A stretch of 64,000 nt of DNA from Lama guanicoe. Its lineage: Eukaryota. The translations under genes and the position numbers were made by a program. Location: NCBI GenBank assembly GCA_013239625.1, contig MU053557.1, positions 627,063 to 691,062 on the forward strand. The letters are read 5' to 3'. Numbering within the stretch: the stretch's first letter is position 1; each line of letters starts with the position of its first letter. The notes beneath the pieces are model-generated. The model made no database searches, was not told the origin of the DNA, and was given only the letters and a program-made list of their open reading frames with translations. Below, in pieces: positions 40,711-56,048 of this stretch.

Positions 40711-42345
40711 CTTATTTTTTATTATAATGATGATGTGCAATCAGAAAAGGAATTAGACATTCCCATCTTGAAGATTACAACAAATAAAATAATAGGGCTT
40801 TTAGGATCATCGATTGCCTAATAAAAAGACTTTACCAAGTCCTACAATATTATCAAAGATCACAAAACTGCAAACTGTAAGCAAATGCGTCATTAAATTT
40901 TACAGACATTGGTTTGAACTATATTCACCTGGGGGAAAAAATCAAATATCCATATTGCTTTCTCTATTTTTACAAGAACCCAGATTAGGCCAAGTAGGTA
41001 TAAATTTACAAGCATCTTAAATGTTTCTACTGAGTACTTCTTTGTTTTCTCATTTTTGAAATTCCTTTTGTGCTGCAAGTGTTGAAAAGTTATTTAAAAT
41101 ACCGTAATGCCTAAGTAATCACCCTACAAGCAAGCTATCAACAGATTTAGAGACAGTTTCAGGAAAAAAAAAATTATATATGCAAGGTAAGCCTAATTAG
41201 TTAAGCTCACAAAAAAATGTAATATCCAATTTTTAGAACCCAATGTGCTCAAGAAAGCATTTGAGCTTTTAAATTAGGAGAACAGCTCTGCACTTAATTA
41301 GTCCTCATTTGAGTATGTAATCATTTGATTTGCACAACAGAGGACATTGTGTTCCATCAGCAGGTAATGTTCTTCATTAGACTAGGAACTTCGTGTACAA
41401 GGGCAGAAGAAATACTGCTATCTGTGATGCAAAAATCAGAACTACACACTGATTTTATTCTTCAGGTTTTATGGCCACCATTCTGAGATACACATTCATT
41501 AATAATAATATAAAACACTTTTGACTAAGTAATCTGCCAATCTCCAGAAATCAACAATTTAGTATGTTTCATTTTTCCTATGGCCCGGTTACAAAACGGA
41601 TATATATTCATAAAGAAAGCAACTTACTGAAATGTAAGTAATAGTAATGTACTAAAATTCAAACTTCAATCATTTGGATGGTGGCAGAAGTATAGTTAAT
41701 TAAAAAACAATCATTTCTTCATTGGTGGTGTAAAGTAGTATCAGCATAGATTGTGGAGAAAGTCATAAGGATACGCTTTATTTAAGATGTTTGAAACTAA
41801 ACACTATATGCTTGACAAGCTAACGACAGATCATATTTATCTATTCATTAAAGCACCTGAAGCAATTTTTTCTTAAGGCATTTCTCATAAACTTTGATAT
41901 CTTGTTATTGCCACTCCTTCCCCCAAATCCTAAATACATCCTAAAAAGAAAAGAGAAACTCATTAGCTACAACTCTCTTTGAAAAGGTACTTATGTTTTC
42001 GCCTGATACTAAATTTGATTCAAGTTGTTTTGAAACAAGCATATTACTAATGCAAATTTCTTGAGAAATAACCTTTCACTTCCCAATAAATTGGAATTTG
42101 TAAAAATTGAGATTACTTGGTAATCAGTAGTTGGAATGCGACATAACACTACAAAATGAATCAGTGGATACTTTGTGAGGACAGATTTCACTTGGGGCCA
42201 CTATATGGGTAGGAAGCTCGCCTGAGCTATCATTTAAGGAAGGCCCACTGCTATTCTTTGGTAAGTATTCCTCATGCTATGATCTGTACCATGCTGTGTT
42301 TGTTGGAAAACTGGCACTACTTTATGAAAGGCTAAACACGGTGTT

Positions 42346-42346
<1 letters not shown>

Positions 42347-42382
<36 letters not shown>

Positions 42383-42412
42383 TATTTTTATATATATATA
42401 AATATATATAAA
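42347..42412. repeat. (TA)n(CA)n compound microsatellite
   Basis: Directly visible tandem dinucleotides. Confidence 0.95.
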
Positions 42413-42649
42413 ATATTTTTTTCCTCCTACAGGGCAAGTTAAACAAATTGTAGGAGTTATTACATTAAATATGCTCTAAATGACAATAGGCAGATCTCAA
42501 AATGCAGCCTTGATTTTTCATGATTCTTAATGATTGCATCAGAGACCTATGAGATTATAGAGATAATTATCCTTAGTTTGGGAGTATATCTGAGTTGAGC
42601 AATGCCTATCAAAGTTAAATACACATACTTGCAAAATGTCATATGTACA

Positions 42650-45115
42650 GTACTTAGATCCTACCCCAAATCATGTCATTGGAGACATTTTAATAAAATT
42701 CTCTTTCATTGGATGGCCAGTAACTAAGGACAGTTAGTATTTAAAGATGCACAGAATTTTTCATTATCTGCCTAGCTATATCTGGAGAAAGTTTGCCTAA
42801 TCCTACAAGCCTTGTTATATAGCTCTTGAAAACACCCACTGGTAAACATGGTCTGGTATTATAGCAAAGTCATAAAACACACATTTACAGTATATGTAAA
42901 ATCAACTAGCGGGTCCTTGGCACACATGCTTGCATGAACAAGTAACACCCTGGCCTGAGTGAGTGGACCTGCACCCTCCACTCACAGTGAGTTTCAGTTC
43001 CTCAGTGACCGTCACTGGATAAGCTTTTACTTATGCTGAGAGTGTCTCCAGTACTTCAAGGTATATGTATGTTTTTAGTATAAAATGGGCCCTAAAGCAA
43101 GCCAGTTGCTCTACTTGATACTTAAGAAGCAAAAAACTATTCCAGTGCCAGAGGTAAAAGCTGCCACACGGTATTTTTGAGACATACTACATCAGTTTTT
43201 AAAGTATGCATAAATTTGGCTATATATACTGTATTTTTTATTTAAGAGAATTTTATAAGGGACATTTTGGCTACACGTGACTCTTCATGTAACCAGGCAA
43301 ACTCCAGAATTCAACTCTTGCATCAAAGGCAACACTACTGCTTAGCTGTTTTGACAGAATAACAGTTAAATATAAAATCGTTTTTCACCTAATCATTTTG
43401 GACTTAAATAAAACACAACTAACAGCAAAAACCACTACAACATTGATTTAATTTGCTGAGGGTGGAGGCAAAAAGCAAGAAAACAGTTTTACCCATTGGG
43501 AAATTGCCTGAAGATTAATGGTCTTAAGCCTAACCAACAGTGGGAGAAATTTAATTCCCAAAGCTTCATCTACTCTGCTCATTAGGAATAATCAGATATT
43601 AACAGAAGGCATCCATTACATTTGCCTTAACAAGAATGGTGCACATTTATAAAGAGACTTGAAAACAGCAAAAAGGATACTATCCAAGAATTATAACAAA
43701 AATATTATTCTAGAAAAGTTTGGTAAGTTTAAAAGCTCAGCCAAAAGCTAATTAGTAGTAAATGCATTTGTCCAGAACATTAATTTAGTGAAGAAAAATG
43801 TATTTGTGTGATCCCAGAGATTAGAAATCATCATGATCTTCTTTTAGAAGTATGTTTTATTATCTTAACCTTTTACAATTGAAAACTAGCTCTAAAAAAG
43901 AACCATTAGTATGTCAGTTTGGCATTTCTTTTTATTTAGTCTGAAAGTCTCCCCTTTAAGAAAGGCAACATTCTTCCTCCTATCAAGGCACCTTTCTCAT
44001 AATTATAAGTGCGCTTAGTCCAAAGAGAGAGGCAGTTTCTCCAGAAAAAGCTGATCATCAGTATACAAGATACAGTATTTTCTTACAGATCCTCTGACAT
44101 GAGAACATGACAATATTAACCAAATAAACTTAATGCAAGGAAATAATATTCTAACTCAAAGCAAATTGCTTCTTGTTTAATCTCATTTTTTCTTATTCTG
44201 TATCAGACAAACTCTATTCTTAAAGCTCAGAACAGATTGGGAATACAAGTCAAAACCAGACCCTAGTTAAAGAAAATGGGACGCCGAGAACAGTGGTTTA
44301 ACAAAAGCAAACTCAACAACACAGTTTAAATTAACTGGGAAATTTTTAATTAGTAAGCATCAAATGCACTTTACATGGATAACTGCAATACTGAAACTGT
44401 GACAGTTTAAATATTTTTCTCGGGAAACGTGGAGATCCAACTCTGAGCATTAATGTGGCCAGTCGTGGTCACTACAGTGTAGTTAATGCTGAGACCTAAA
44501 CAGGTGTTCACATTTCCTGTCTACAATCAGGTAGACTGTGAACCACTTGTACTGCTGAATTTTAGCCAAAATTCCATGAGATAATTCAAAGAAATGTCAA
44601 ATTTTTGAAGTGCAAACTCATGAAACTCTACACTGGGATCACTTTTTTGCTTCAATTGCATCTGGCTTGAGAATACAGTTTTTCTTTCCTAATTTCTTGG
44701 AAAAATATTTTTCCAGTAAGTCTTGTATCTTCATGTACTATGGGCTGTTTTTAAGAAAGACTATCAACTCTGTGGTTAGTTTCCCACAGTTGATAAAAAT
44801 CTATCAAAAACATTATAATATATAATTAGAAAGGAAAAAAGTTGTTTTTCTAAGGCTGCAGGAACAGGATTTTTTGTATATCTTATTTGTATAAGCACAA
44901 ACACTTAAACTTAGTCATACTGCAGGTAAATCCAATACAGTATTCAAAAGTTCTATAAAAATGAACAAAAGATGCACGTTTACTTCCACTGCTCCAATAG
45001 GCAAACGTTAGATCTGCATGAGAGTTGCACTGTAGCAGTTTGCTGGTCCAATTTAAGAGTTCAGTCCTTTTTTGTTATTTGGCCCAATGATGTCCACATC
45101 CCAGATAAATTCAGT
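42650..45115 (-). other. YIPF5: YIPF5 3'UTR (extent approximate)
   Basis: AT-rich, repeat-poor sequence after the stop, with minus-strand AATAAA signals at 43931-43936, 43856-43861 and 43237-43242. Confidence 0.6.
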
Positions 45116-45313
<198 letters not shown>

Positions 45314-45511
45314 TCAGTAGATGGGATTAGTTATGTAAGAATGCTACCATAATCAATTCTACAAAAAGCATTTAAAAACCCACATGGAGACATCTGCAGA
45401 AATAATCAATTTTTTTTTCAAATGCTGAAATGTACCTCACAGTGAATTCAACGATGCTGAATTATTTCATGTGATAAAAAGCTCATTTGTAACAATTTTG
45501 CTCCTTTTAGC

Positions 45512-45690
45512 ACATAATTTCTCAACTTGGCAGTACTGATACTTGGGCTGGATGGGCTGTTCTGTCCATTGTTAAGTCATAAGATATCAGTAGCATCCTT
45601 GCCTTCCTCACTTTTGACAATCAAAATTGTCTCCAGACATTGACAAATGTCTCCTGGGAGCAAAACTGTGCCTGGTTGGAAAACACTGCC
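45512..45690. mobile_element. MER20-like hAT element
   Basis: tttctcaacttggcagtactga…aaattgtctccagacattgacaaatgtc…ggttggaaaacactg. Confidence 0.75.
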
Positions 45691-46559
45691 TTAGTAGAAA
45701 ATAGTCTATAAAATTCAAATATATCAGTCTTAACAAATGAGAAGATGAAGCAGTTTCCACACTGAAAATCTGGAGCATTTTTATCCAAAGCAGGAACACT
45801 GTGAAGCCATCATCTTGAAAAATCTCCAGCATGAAAGAGTTGATAAATGCTCTTCTGAAACCTCTGTTTTCACTCTTTAAGTGCAACAAAGCTCAATCAT
45901 TGGTCGTGTCCAGCACCAGCCACAGGGAGGACCCTGAACTGTTGAGACAGCTTCTGTCTACTGGCCAGCAGGAGCAACTTTATTAGCAGTAACTTACACC
46001 CTTCTTTTTTAACCTCCCATCAAATATTATTTAAAAATTACACATTTAGGGCTGTTTAAAAGTACAAGTGAAAACTACTAGTAGGCTAGTAACAGTCTCT
46101 TGCCATAAAAAGGTGTTCTGCTTTCAGTTAAAAGGCTGCCAAATAGAGAGTCTGTGTTTATTACTCGCTGACTTAGCATATGCCTGACATCTTTAAGAAA
46201 TCAGATATAGCCTTAAAAATATCAGAGAGAAGTTAATTATCATTTCAACAACTTGACCTTTTCCATGCAATATTTAAGTTAACAATCTCCACTGGTCCAA
46301 TCCGGTTACAGACACTGGTAAGTACACACAAAACTAGTGAAATTCTTTCTCATAGGTAAAAGCAGAAATGGTATAAAAGATTTTTTAATTTACTCTCATT
46401 TCCATTATTCATTACTGAAAAGTATGTAGCCCAGACTTCACTTACAAGAAGCACTATCTAGTATGTTTGCTGAATCAGTGATACATCTCAAACTGATGTG
46501 AGGTAAATCTTGTTACACAGAATTCGTCAATCAACCCCCAAAATAAAGACCAGTACTTA

Positions 46560-46742
<183 letters not shown>

Positions 46743-46941
46743 CTACAGGGAAAGGAAAGATTACAGGTTAAAGAGCAAAAGTCATTTTTGGCCTCTTTCA
46801 CCTAAAATGATACATGTAGAAGATATTCAGTCTGTGAGCAACAAAATCCACAGAGGTGTCTACTTCTTACGCAGAGAAGTAAAACAGTGAGCAAACTGAG
46901 TTTTACATCTTTCTTAAGAGATGTAAAGAATCCACCTCTCA

Positions 46942-47108
46942 GGGGAAGGGTACAGCCCAAGTGGCAGAGCACATGCTTAGCATGCACTGCGTCCTGGGTT
47001 CAACCTCCAGCACTGCCATTAAATAAATAAATAAACAAACAAAACAAACAAACAAACCTAATGATCTCCTCCAAAAAATAAATTTAATTTAATTTAAAAA
47101 AATAAAAA
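46942..47108 (+). mobile_element. tRNA-Ala-derived SINE (Vic-1-like) in a YIPF5 intron, antisense to the gene
   Basis: Head ggggaagggtacagcccaagtggcagagcacatgcttagcatgcac…gggttcaacc, A-rich tail, and TSD taaag(a/g)atccacctctca on both sides. Confidence 0.9.
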
Positions 47109-48647
47109 TAAAGGATCCACCTCTCAATCAATACACAGATACTTGGTTTCTCCTTTTCTAGTTACCATCTGAGGTTGGCATAGAACTCAACAAATAATGA
47201 CATAAAATCATGGTACGATCACCTAAAGCAGATTTCTAAAAAGAAATCAGGCTGATTTTAGGCAAATAAACTACAGAGACAGGATGGAAAGTCATTCAGA
47301 TGTCTGGACAATAGTATCACTTGAAAGCACCCAACTCCACCAAATCACCCTAAAGCAATTTATTCTCATTGACAGATGTGGCCATAATGTTCCTAACAGC
47401 AGAAATAATGTCATCATTTACTATAAATGGGTGTTACAGGAGTTAGGAGAAAGGAAGCAGGATAAGCAGGAAGCCACGGTCTTATGGGGAGGGAAGGAGA
47501 AAAGTGATGAACAACTAGGCATGAGATGAATAAATGGAAGATTTTTTTTTCTTTCATTATTTTCCCAAACTGTTGGTTGATTTATACAGCCCTTTGAAAA
47601 ACAAACAAAACAAAACAGACAAAACTTTAAAAGTTCTGCTTCTGTAAAAGACATCACTGAACAGTCTTCGGACAGTCAAGGTTAGCTCAATTGGAGTTAC
47701 AACACTCTTAGTCAAGCTACCTGAACAAACGCTGCATTCGGGTCACACTAGTACTAAAATCAGTCCACAAAAAGTTCCTGGTTTGTCAGATGTTTGACAT
47801 ATAAAAGTTAATTGCAAGAATGCCTCTATGATTACGTTAAATGGAAAAATCCTTGGGATTTTTGTTAGAATCAGTATTTATTTGCAAACACTTGATTGAA
47901 ACTGTAGAAGTTTAAAAAGGCTCAGATGAGTTCACTGACAAATTCAATCATGTAGTAATAATAAAACCTTACACTTGTACAGGGCTTTAAACTTCTCAAA
48001 GTGCTCTCACATAACCTGCCTTGCTTACCCTCCAAAGCAATCTTCTTAGGTGGGAAGCACAGGATTATCCATCAGAGGGAGCTGAAGGATTAAATGACTT
48101 GCTAAAAGACACAGTAGGAGCACTGGATTTATGCCCAGCTTTTCTGACTAAAAATCCCATCTTCAACCTATTATATCACTTATCTGTTCTAATTCAGAGA
48201 TATAGGATGAAATAAAACAAAACAAACATTAGCAATTATTTACAACTTTTCATTTTCAACATGCTTTAACATCCTTAGGGAGATAGGAAAGGGACTAAAA
48301 CCCGTTGTCTTTTAATGTTTCAATTCATTATACGTTAAACCAGCACTGCTACAAAAAAACACACTACCTAAGGACTAGAGATTTAAAAAAAAGCAATAAA
48401 TATATAAATATAATATAACTATAATATATAACTATAATATAAATAATTTAAATTTTGTCAGTTTCTGAAAAGGAATTTTGTTGAGACTAAAGCCACACAT
48501 GTTATTTATTTATTAATATTGATTCCCTAATAATTGGACCACTTATTAGAACAAGAAATGATTTCTAAATATACAGTATTTATTATCAATGGAGAAGTGA
48601 TGATTAGGTATAAATTCAAGCAACTCAATACTATTCAAGACACATCA

Positions 48648-48941
<294 letters not shown>

Positions 48942-49746
48942 TTACTAGAATCCATGTTAGAACAAGAGAAAAAGTGAAATAGCATCAAAAGAGGATCTAG
49001 CAAAATCAGATGAAATTATTTTGGTGAGCCCTCACTATCAGTCTTAGTACTGATTATGGTGCTTATTCCACAAATACCCAATCTCTGGTCTGGTGTTAGA
49101 AAAGGATACGGATATGATGAAAAAGACACTCCGAGCTGTGACTGCACAGCAAAGACTACAGTCAGGGGTAGCAGTACAGGGCTCTGTACCTGGGGCTTCA
49201 GGAACACCTGGAAGCCCCATGAAAACGTACACAAAACTACGTCTGTGGCGTATGTGTGAATTTTGCTGAGGATAACATGCATAGCATTCACTAGACTTCC
49301 AAAGGGTATCAGATCCAAAAGAAAAAAGAAAAAATGTTTAGAACTACTACTTTTTGGGTTTTGGGATACAATTTGAAAAACACCATTATTTTTTATTGAT
49401 ATCACTAGTTCTGGCAGCTTACTTCTGTGTAGAATAATTAATACCATGCTATTTATTTCCTCTCATTTCTTCCACTGGTAGAATTTCATCAAGAATCTGA
49501 AGTAAAAGTTACTCTGCTCACATACTGACATACTTTATTATCACTTTACAAAGATCTATTAAAAATCTGGACCCCTTTGGCTCAATGTGGTTTCCTACAT
49601 ACTCTTCAAAATGAGTTACTTAGTAGAAAACCTTTTTCTTCAACATTATTCTTTTAAAGAAAAGGGTAACTTCTCCAAATTAAGATTCATTTTCACTGAC
49701 CAGCTGGATACCACAGAGTACTATCAAGCGTTGCAACCAACCCTAC

Positions 49747-49919
49747 CTTCTAATAAAGGTGGCTCGTCCTCAAAGTTGTTTCCATAGAATGGCTGAGATG
49801 TAGTCGGAGTATACGCCTGAGTTGGCTGGAAAATCTGCCCAGTGTATGGCTGCTGTGGCTGCATCATGTCTGGAGGGACAAATCGGCCTTGGTGCGAGTA
49901 GTCATAGCCAGCATACTGT
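49747..49919 (-). CDS. YIPF5: YIPF5 coding exon 2: [57 protein letters not shown]
   Basis: Acceptor ttgatttacag|, donor G|gtaggg; 173 nt; phase continues from the previous exon; contains the Yip1-family EPPLLE motif. Confidence 0.97.
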
Positions 49920-51958
49920 CTGTAAATCAAAGTAAGTTACATTTCTCAGAGTCATGTCAACGCCCCAAACTGATATGACAGGTAGAAAATGTCAGTCACG
50001 CAATTCCCAGGATATCTACTTTGCCAGTTTTATAAATGTGGTTGAAATGGTTACTAAGATCAAGCTGATTATCTACAATAAGTTGTCTGTGTTTTATAGA
50101 GAATCTTCCCGGATGATGCCAACACTCACTTATACAGCACTTAAGCATTTTACAAACTGTTAAGCTTTTAAACATCAGGGAGTCAACTTATGAAGACAGA
50201 AAACATTTTTCTGTTTTTCCCCATTTAGTGAGCATACATAAAGACAGCTATGAAATAAGTCATGCCCAAGACTATGAATAAAAACTTAGGATGACAGACT
50301 TTGTACTGTTACGTGAAAGCTTTCTGAATATACCAAAACATTATTAGCACACGTTGCATTTGAACAGTACTTTTAATTTTTCAAAGTAGTTGTACACCTA
50401 TTGTCTTACTTGCTATGTCCTATAGGAAATCCTGAACTTTAAAGGGAGACTATTTTAGTAATGAAAACAACAGGGAACGGAAGAATACTGGACCAGTATA
50501 TTTTAAAGACCTGTTTCATTATGTTCTGGAAAAATATAACTTACCTATCAATGGGGTTAATCTAATTACATAGTAAGAAATAAAGAAGTAAATTAATTAT
50601 TTTAAAGTAAGATACTTTAAAAAGGAGAGCTGAAAAGCCTTAGAGATCCTTTAGCCTAATTATCTTCTAAAAATTTACAGACTCCTTTTGATAAATACAA
50701 AAATCTAACGACCTCATTACTATTATTTGAGGTTTTAAAATTAAATCTAATTTTTAAATTAACTGAACATCTTGATTAAAAGCAAATCAAAGGCCAAGTT
50801 TCAACTACAAGCAGCCCTTTGGAAATTCCTATGGGATTCTCATGGCTTGCCACACTAGTCCAATATATGCTTAAAAAATACTAAGTACTTACCTGGCTAT
50901 AAAATATAAAATTCACTGCAGCATTATTTTAGAAGCAAAAAATAGAAAACAAAACAATATAAATAGCTATCAATAAATATACTGTGATATGAGCATAGAT
51001 TACTGTGCACCTATTAAAAGGAATGAGGCAGTTTTGTAGGCACTGGTAAGAAATGGCAATCAAGACATATTCAATGGTGAAGAAAAAACTAGTATCAGAA
51101 TAGCATAAACCATACGCACTCATTGTGACTGTGCTTTTTGGAATATATATCCATGTCTATGTGTATGTGTATTATATATATACTTAATTATGTAAGCAAA
51201 GGGATCTGGAAACAGGAGAAGCAGAAGGCTTAATTTTCAGGTATAAACTTTTGTACCTGTAAAAATGCTGTACATTTTTTATTCATCGAAATTAACTCTA
51301 AACTGTTATATGCAATATATAGATATATAATAACCACTGAAAATTTCTAAGAACATAAATAATAATCTTTTGAATGATGTGAAGCAGTGTTATAAGTATT
51401 TAATGTGAATTATCTCATATCAGTCTCACTACAACTCTAGGAGGTTAATTTCATCATCCTCTCCATTATAAAGATGTGGAAACTGAAATTTGAGTTAAAA
51501 TGATCTGTCATGGGGGTGCCACAATTCAAAACTAGACTTTTTGATTCACGGGGTCAACTCTTATAACAAACGTAATAAAAATCACCCTCAACTCCTCCCT
51601 GACAGAGACAGTCATACATCTTTTTCTGTATATGCATTTCCACAGTCATTTTGGTATGCAAATACCTTGATTTCTATTTATTTACACACACACACACACA
51701 CACACTCACTCACTCTATCCCCACAGGGCTGGGTGGTTGGACTAGGACAAGAATCACATTTTCTGATTTAGTACAATATGCTATTGTGTGGATCTGTTAG
51801 GATGTATCATTAATCCACCTTGGAGTTTATGAAACAGCTAGAAAAGCTCCATATAACCTGCATAAACAGACTGTACTTTATTCTCTCTAGAGACAGAGAG
51901 AGCGAGAATATGAATATGAATGTGTATGCAAAAGAAAAAACAAAAAGAATGACACACA

Positions 51959-53355
51959 CTAGTGGTTCTCAAACTGTTCAGTCTTAGGACTTATTATACT
52001 CTTAAAATTAAGAGCTCCTAATTTATGTGGGTTTTATCTATCAATATTTATCATTTTAGAAATAAAAACAGAAATGTTTAAAAGACTTATTCACTCAAAG
52101 TAACAATAAATCTGTTATGTTAGCATAAACATTTTTTATGAAAAAGTTATTTTTAAAAATTACTGAGAAAAGTGATATTATATCATATTTCTGGCAATCT
52201 CATTTATGTCCGGTTCTATATAAGACTGCTAGAAATTCTTATATATGCTTCCACATTCTATCTGTTGTGATACGCTGTTTTAGTTGAAGTATTTGAAGAA
52301 AACCTAGTATTGCAGAAAATCTAGTATTTTCCATTGTAGATGGAAAATAGAGTATTTTAATAACCTTTACAGATTATCAAGAATATTCTTTCTGATACAT
52401 CAAAACTCAAAGCAAAGTGCTAATTTTTTAAACTTAAGTTGCAAGGTAGAAACTGAAACAATATTAACGAACTTTCAGTATCTGTCATGTTAGGATAAAC
52501 TCATGTCTTGTTCTTCAACTGGATCTTCTCTTTACTCATGTATGATTTTGTAACACCATGCATTCGCCATTTAGAAAATACTTGTATGAGTTATGCAGAT
52601 GTTCCAAATATTGACACACCTAATATAAAAAATATATATAAATATTCTAAAAATCACATTTATTAAAATCACCACTGATCACAAAGCTGGTTAATTATTG
52701 AGAAGGTAAAAAGTTCACAGAGATGGATACAAGTTTTCCAAAATCCTCATTTTTGTCTGAAAACTCTGATTATTGGCCACACATACTGTCAATTATTTTC
52801 CCTGAAGTAACAGATCACTGCATTCATTTTTGAGAAAATTCTCAAGTCTGAATAATCACTGTTTGTCTGCCAGTTGTTCCTTCCAATAAAAATGGTATCT
52901 TCTGTGAAAAAGCAGCTGATACAGCTTGAGACTCAAATTGCATAGGGGCTTTTCCTAGAGGTAATCATTGTATTTCAGTATGAAGTAGAAGTGCTTTGAG
53001 ACTGTTTCCCATTTTGTCATATAGCATATTCAAAAAATGTGTGTCATCAGGGTCAGGATTTAATAGAACAATTCCGACAGCTTCAAGAGCATCCTTAAGT
53101 GAACATGGTTCCCCCCATGCCCTAACAAGTGTGTGATGGAGAATACAATGATTACTAGAACAATTAATGCCACTGTATTGATTCATAGTTGGGTATCAGA
53201 AGTTTTACCAATCGTTGCTTTTGCAGCATCAGTGCAAATGCCAACACACCTAAAAAGGTATGTAATGCCTTAGTACTGTTACAAAAATAGTTTTGACTTT
53301 AAAGCCTCTCTGAAAGGTCTCAAGGACCCTCTGGGGTCCGAAGACCATACTTTAC
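51959..53355. mobile_element. hAT-Charlie (Charlie1a-like) DNA transposon remnant in a YIPF5 intron
   Basis: Begins ctagtggttctcaaact and ends ggaccc…ggggtccgaagaccatacttt; about 1.4 kb with an AT-rich interior. Confidence 0.65.
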
Positions 53356-56048
53356 ATAAATTTCATGTAAGGAAAAGAAATACTGCAAGCAAATAAGAGC
53401 TTCAAAGGCGGCACAATCATCTCTTCTTCACTATGCAAGGTGATTAAACACAATACTGTGGAATTTTACAATTTTCCTTTTCTGGCAGGATCAGCTCAGG
53501 AAAATCCCTGAATCACTCCTGCTGGTTTTAAACTAAAATACAGTATGGTAGACATGACCTTTAGAGACTAAATCAATCCTTTAACAGCAAGAAAAGCTGC
53601 ACATGGAAACCAATACTCTCATAAGCGCTTAGTATTAACAACAAAGCCTCTTAATATAATGGGTTGTCTACTTAAGTTCACCAAGCTCCTTAGATATTCC
53701 AAAAAGATAGTTATCTGAAGATGGAAGAAAAAAAAACAGCTTCCAATATTTTAAAAAATATGGAATTGGCATTACTATATATTTTAAAGGCATATCTAGA
53801 ATATAATGTGGGACCTGCCCAATATGGCATTCATATAACTCCACAGATTGAGGTCAAAGGGCCTTTTACTTTTTGCTTTTTTTTTTCTGTTATAAGAATG
53901 TATGAATGATACTTGTGAAGTATCCACAGAGGAAACTATGCAAAATGTTAAAGCTGACTTCACAGGGCAAATGCAGAACTATGGACTAATAATAACTCAA
54001 GTCAAACTTGAAGACAGTCCAAGTCAGATGCTCTCTGAACCTAGATTTTCAACAATAGAGATACAAGTTACAAGGTGATCTTTGTTACCAAGTTGGCATA
54101 ACAAATAAAATATTATTTGATAAGCTGAGATGGACATAAAAATGTCACAGGGTTGCAGAGCCAACTGAAGGTACATATAGAAGTAGAAGAGTTCAATTTG
54201 TTTTTATAAAGTTCAGAAACCCAGTTTTTACTGCTCACACTTAGGCTTGTTTTCCTATGCATCATCTATTAGCTCATACCCGTTAACTGGCATTACCGTT
54301 TATATGAGCACCTGGAATAAAATGCGTTCTTTACTAGTACTGAAGCAATGCTCACTGGTACTTGACTTGGTTGGGATGGAATAGTCATAATAGTTGGCAA
54401 CAGAGTATCTAAACCACTTCTCAGTGGAAAACTGAAGTGAGATGATAAGTGGAAAGAAAGATAAGTCACACCTTTAGCAGATGGGAACATGGACAGAAAG
54501 AAGCACGGGAAAGAAAGGCAAAGATATTTGAACTCAGGAGGCTGCAATCTAAATGGAATAGTTCTGCTGAATCCAAACATCAGTATTATTTGGTTAAAAA
54601 CAGGCCTGCATACACCGACAGGTTTTCCCAAGCCCAGCTGCAGCACGTAGGCCAATCTTACATTCAGATGGCTCTCTCAAATACCCAAAAATACACATTT
54701 AGGTAAATAAAATGGAAATTTCTCAACATGATTTTTCCAATTCTGCCCAATTAATTGATCAAAAGAGAGAAATCCTCAATGGCATGTAATTGAGAATTTG
54801 ACATTAAGAAAAAAAGTGATTCACAGGTAGGATTATTTATATGCTCACTCTCATTAACATGTTAAGTTTTGGGTGGGGGGAAAGCTTTAGAATATATCAA
54901 ATTAAGCAGATCCAAGGGGTCTACAGGTTGTAAAAAGTATAGCCTATATAAGACAAACCACACTGCTCAGGTGAATTTAATTTTTACTTTTTTTAAATTC
55001 TTGGGCACTTTCATTCAGATTTATTATTTAAATATGTTCTAATCCTAATGTTTCTCTCTGACTGGATACACATCCCTTCCATGCCCTCATCCTGGGGTAG
55101 TCTTCCTGAGGTTTTTAATTCAGGGTCCACACACGCACATCAGATAACACATAAACTGTCTGGACATTATATGCACATTAATGTGGGTGTTTGACTGTAT
55201 GCATATATTTCTCAGAAATGGGCCCACACTTTTCATAAGGTTCTCAAAGGGGTTAAGTAACCCTAGTATAGGAGACTCCTTCACTAGACAGGAGGCTGAT
55301 TAACTGTAAGGTCCTAAGAAACAAAGAATATGATGTCCTAGGAAAAAACTGGTAAAAAACCTTCACTTTTTTGCCACAAACACCAGGGACTATAAAAGTA
55401 CAGGTTTTGGTTTTTGTTTTTTTTAACAGTTCAGGGCTGAAAAGTTTGAAGTCCCTCCGCTTCAGTCTGCAACTGGTAACTTGCATGTACTGACTGACCA
55501 TAAAGTTTTGGTGTGAGTAGTAAAAAATAATCAGCTGCTATATGATAACCACCTGATGATTCATAGTAGGGAGCTAACACTATTCAATAGTGTCACTCAT
55601 CACTCACAGTTAACAGATAATAAGGTCTGAAAGATGGACTTACTTATTTAACTACTAAACAAGTCATCCAAAGGTTTTCATTTTTAATTAGTCCTGTGGA
55701 GTAAATAGCCTATCTTCTAAGTACTTAAAGCTCCTATCCATATCTTAAATGATATACAAACCCTGTCACTAGGAAAACATTCTTCAACAATCTACCTTTC
55801 CACTCAGGCACACCTGAAAATTATGCAGAATAATTTATTATGCAGAATTATGCAGAATAAATAGTGCAATCCCTTCCAACTCAAACGATGTCACAGAAGT
55901 CCCCAGAGGCAGATTATGGGGGCGGGAGGGAACCACAATCCTGATAAGGGACACGTTCACACATGCAGTCTTGGGCAGAACCAAACATCCTGGGAACATG
56001 CTTCCACTGCAGTGTTGCTTAAATAAACGGCCAAAGTTGAAAAGTTAC

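Noticed and set aside
49916..49921. Tandem acceptor acag|ACAG at YIPF5 coding exon 2
   Set aside because: The downstream AG shifts the frame by 4 nt, and nothing in the sequence indicates it is used.
55554..55630. Box C/D snoRNA-like TGATGA…CTGA with an internal hairpin (acactattcaatagtgt)
   Set aside because: It lies on the strand opposite the host intron, has no terminal stem and has an imperfect box C.
55821..55858. Three copies of ttatgcagaa
   Set aside because: Simple local slippage duplication; no repeat-spacer structure, so not CRISPR-like.
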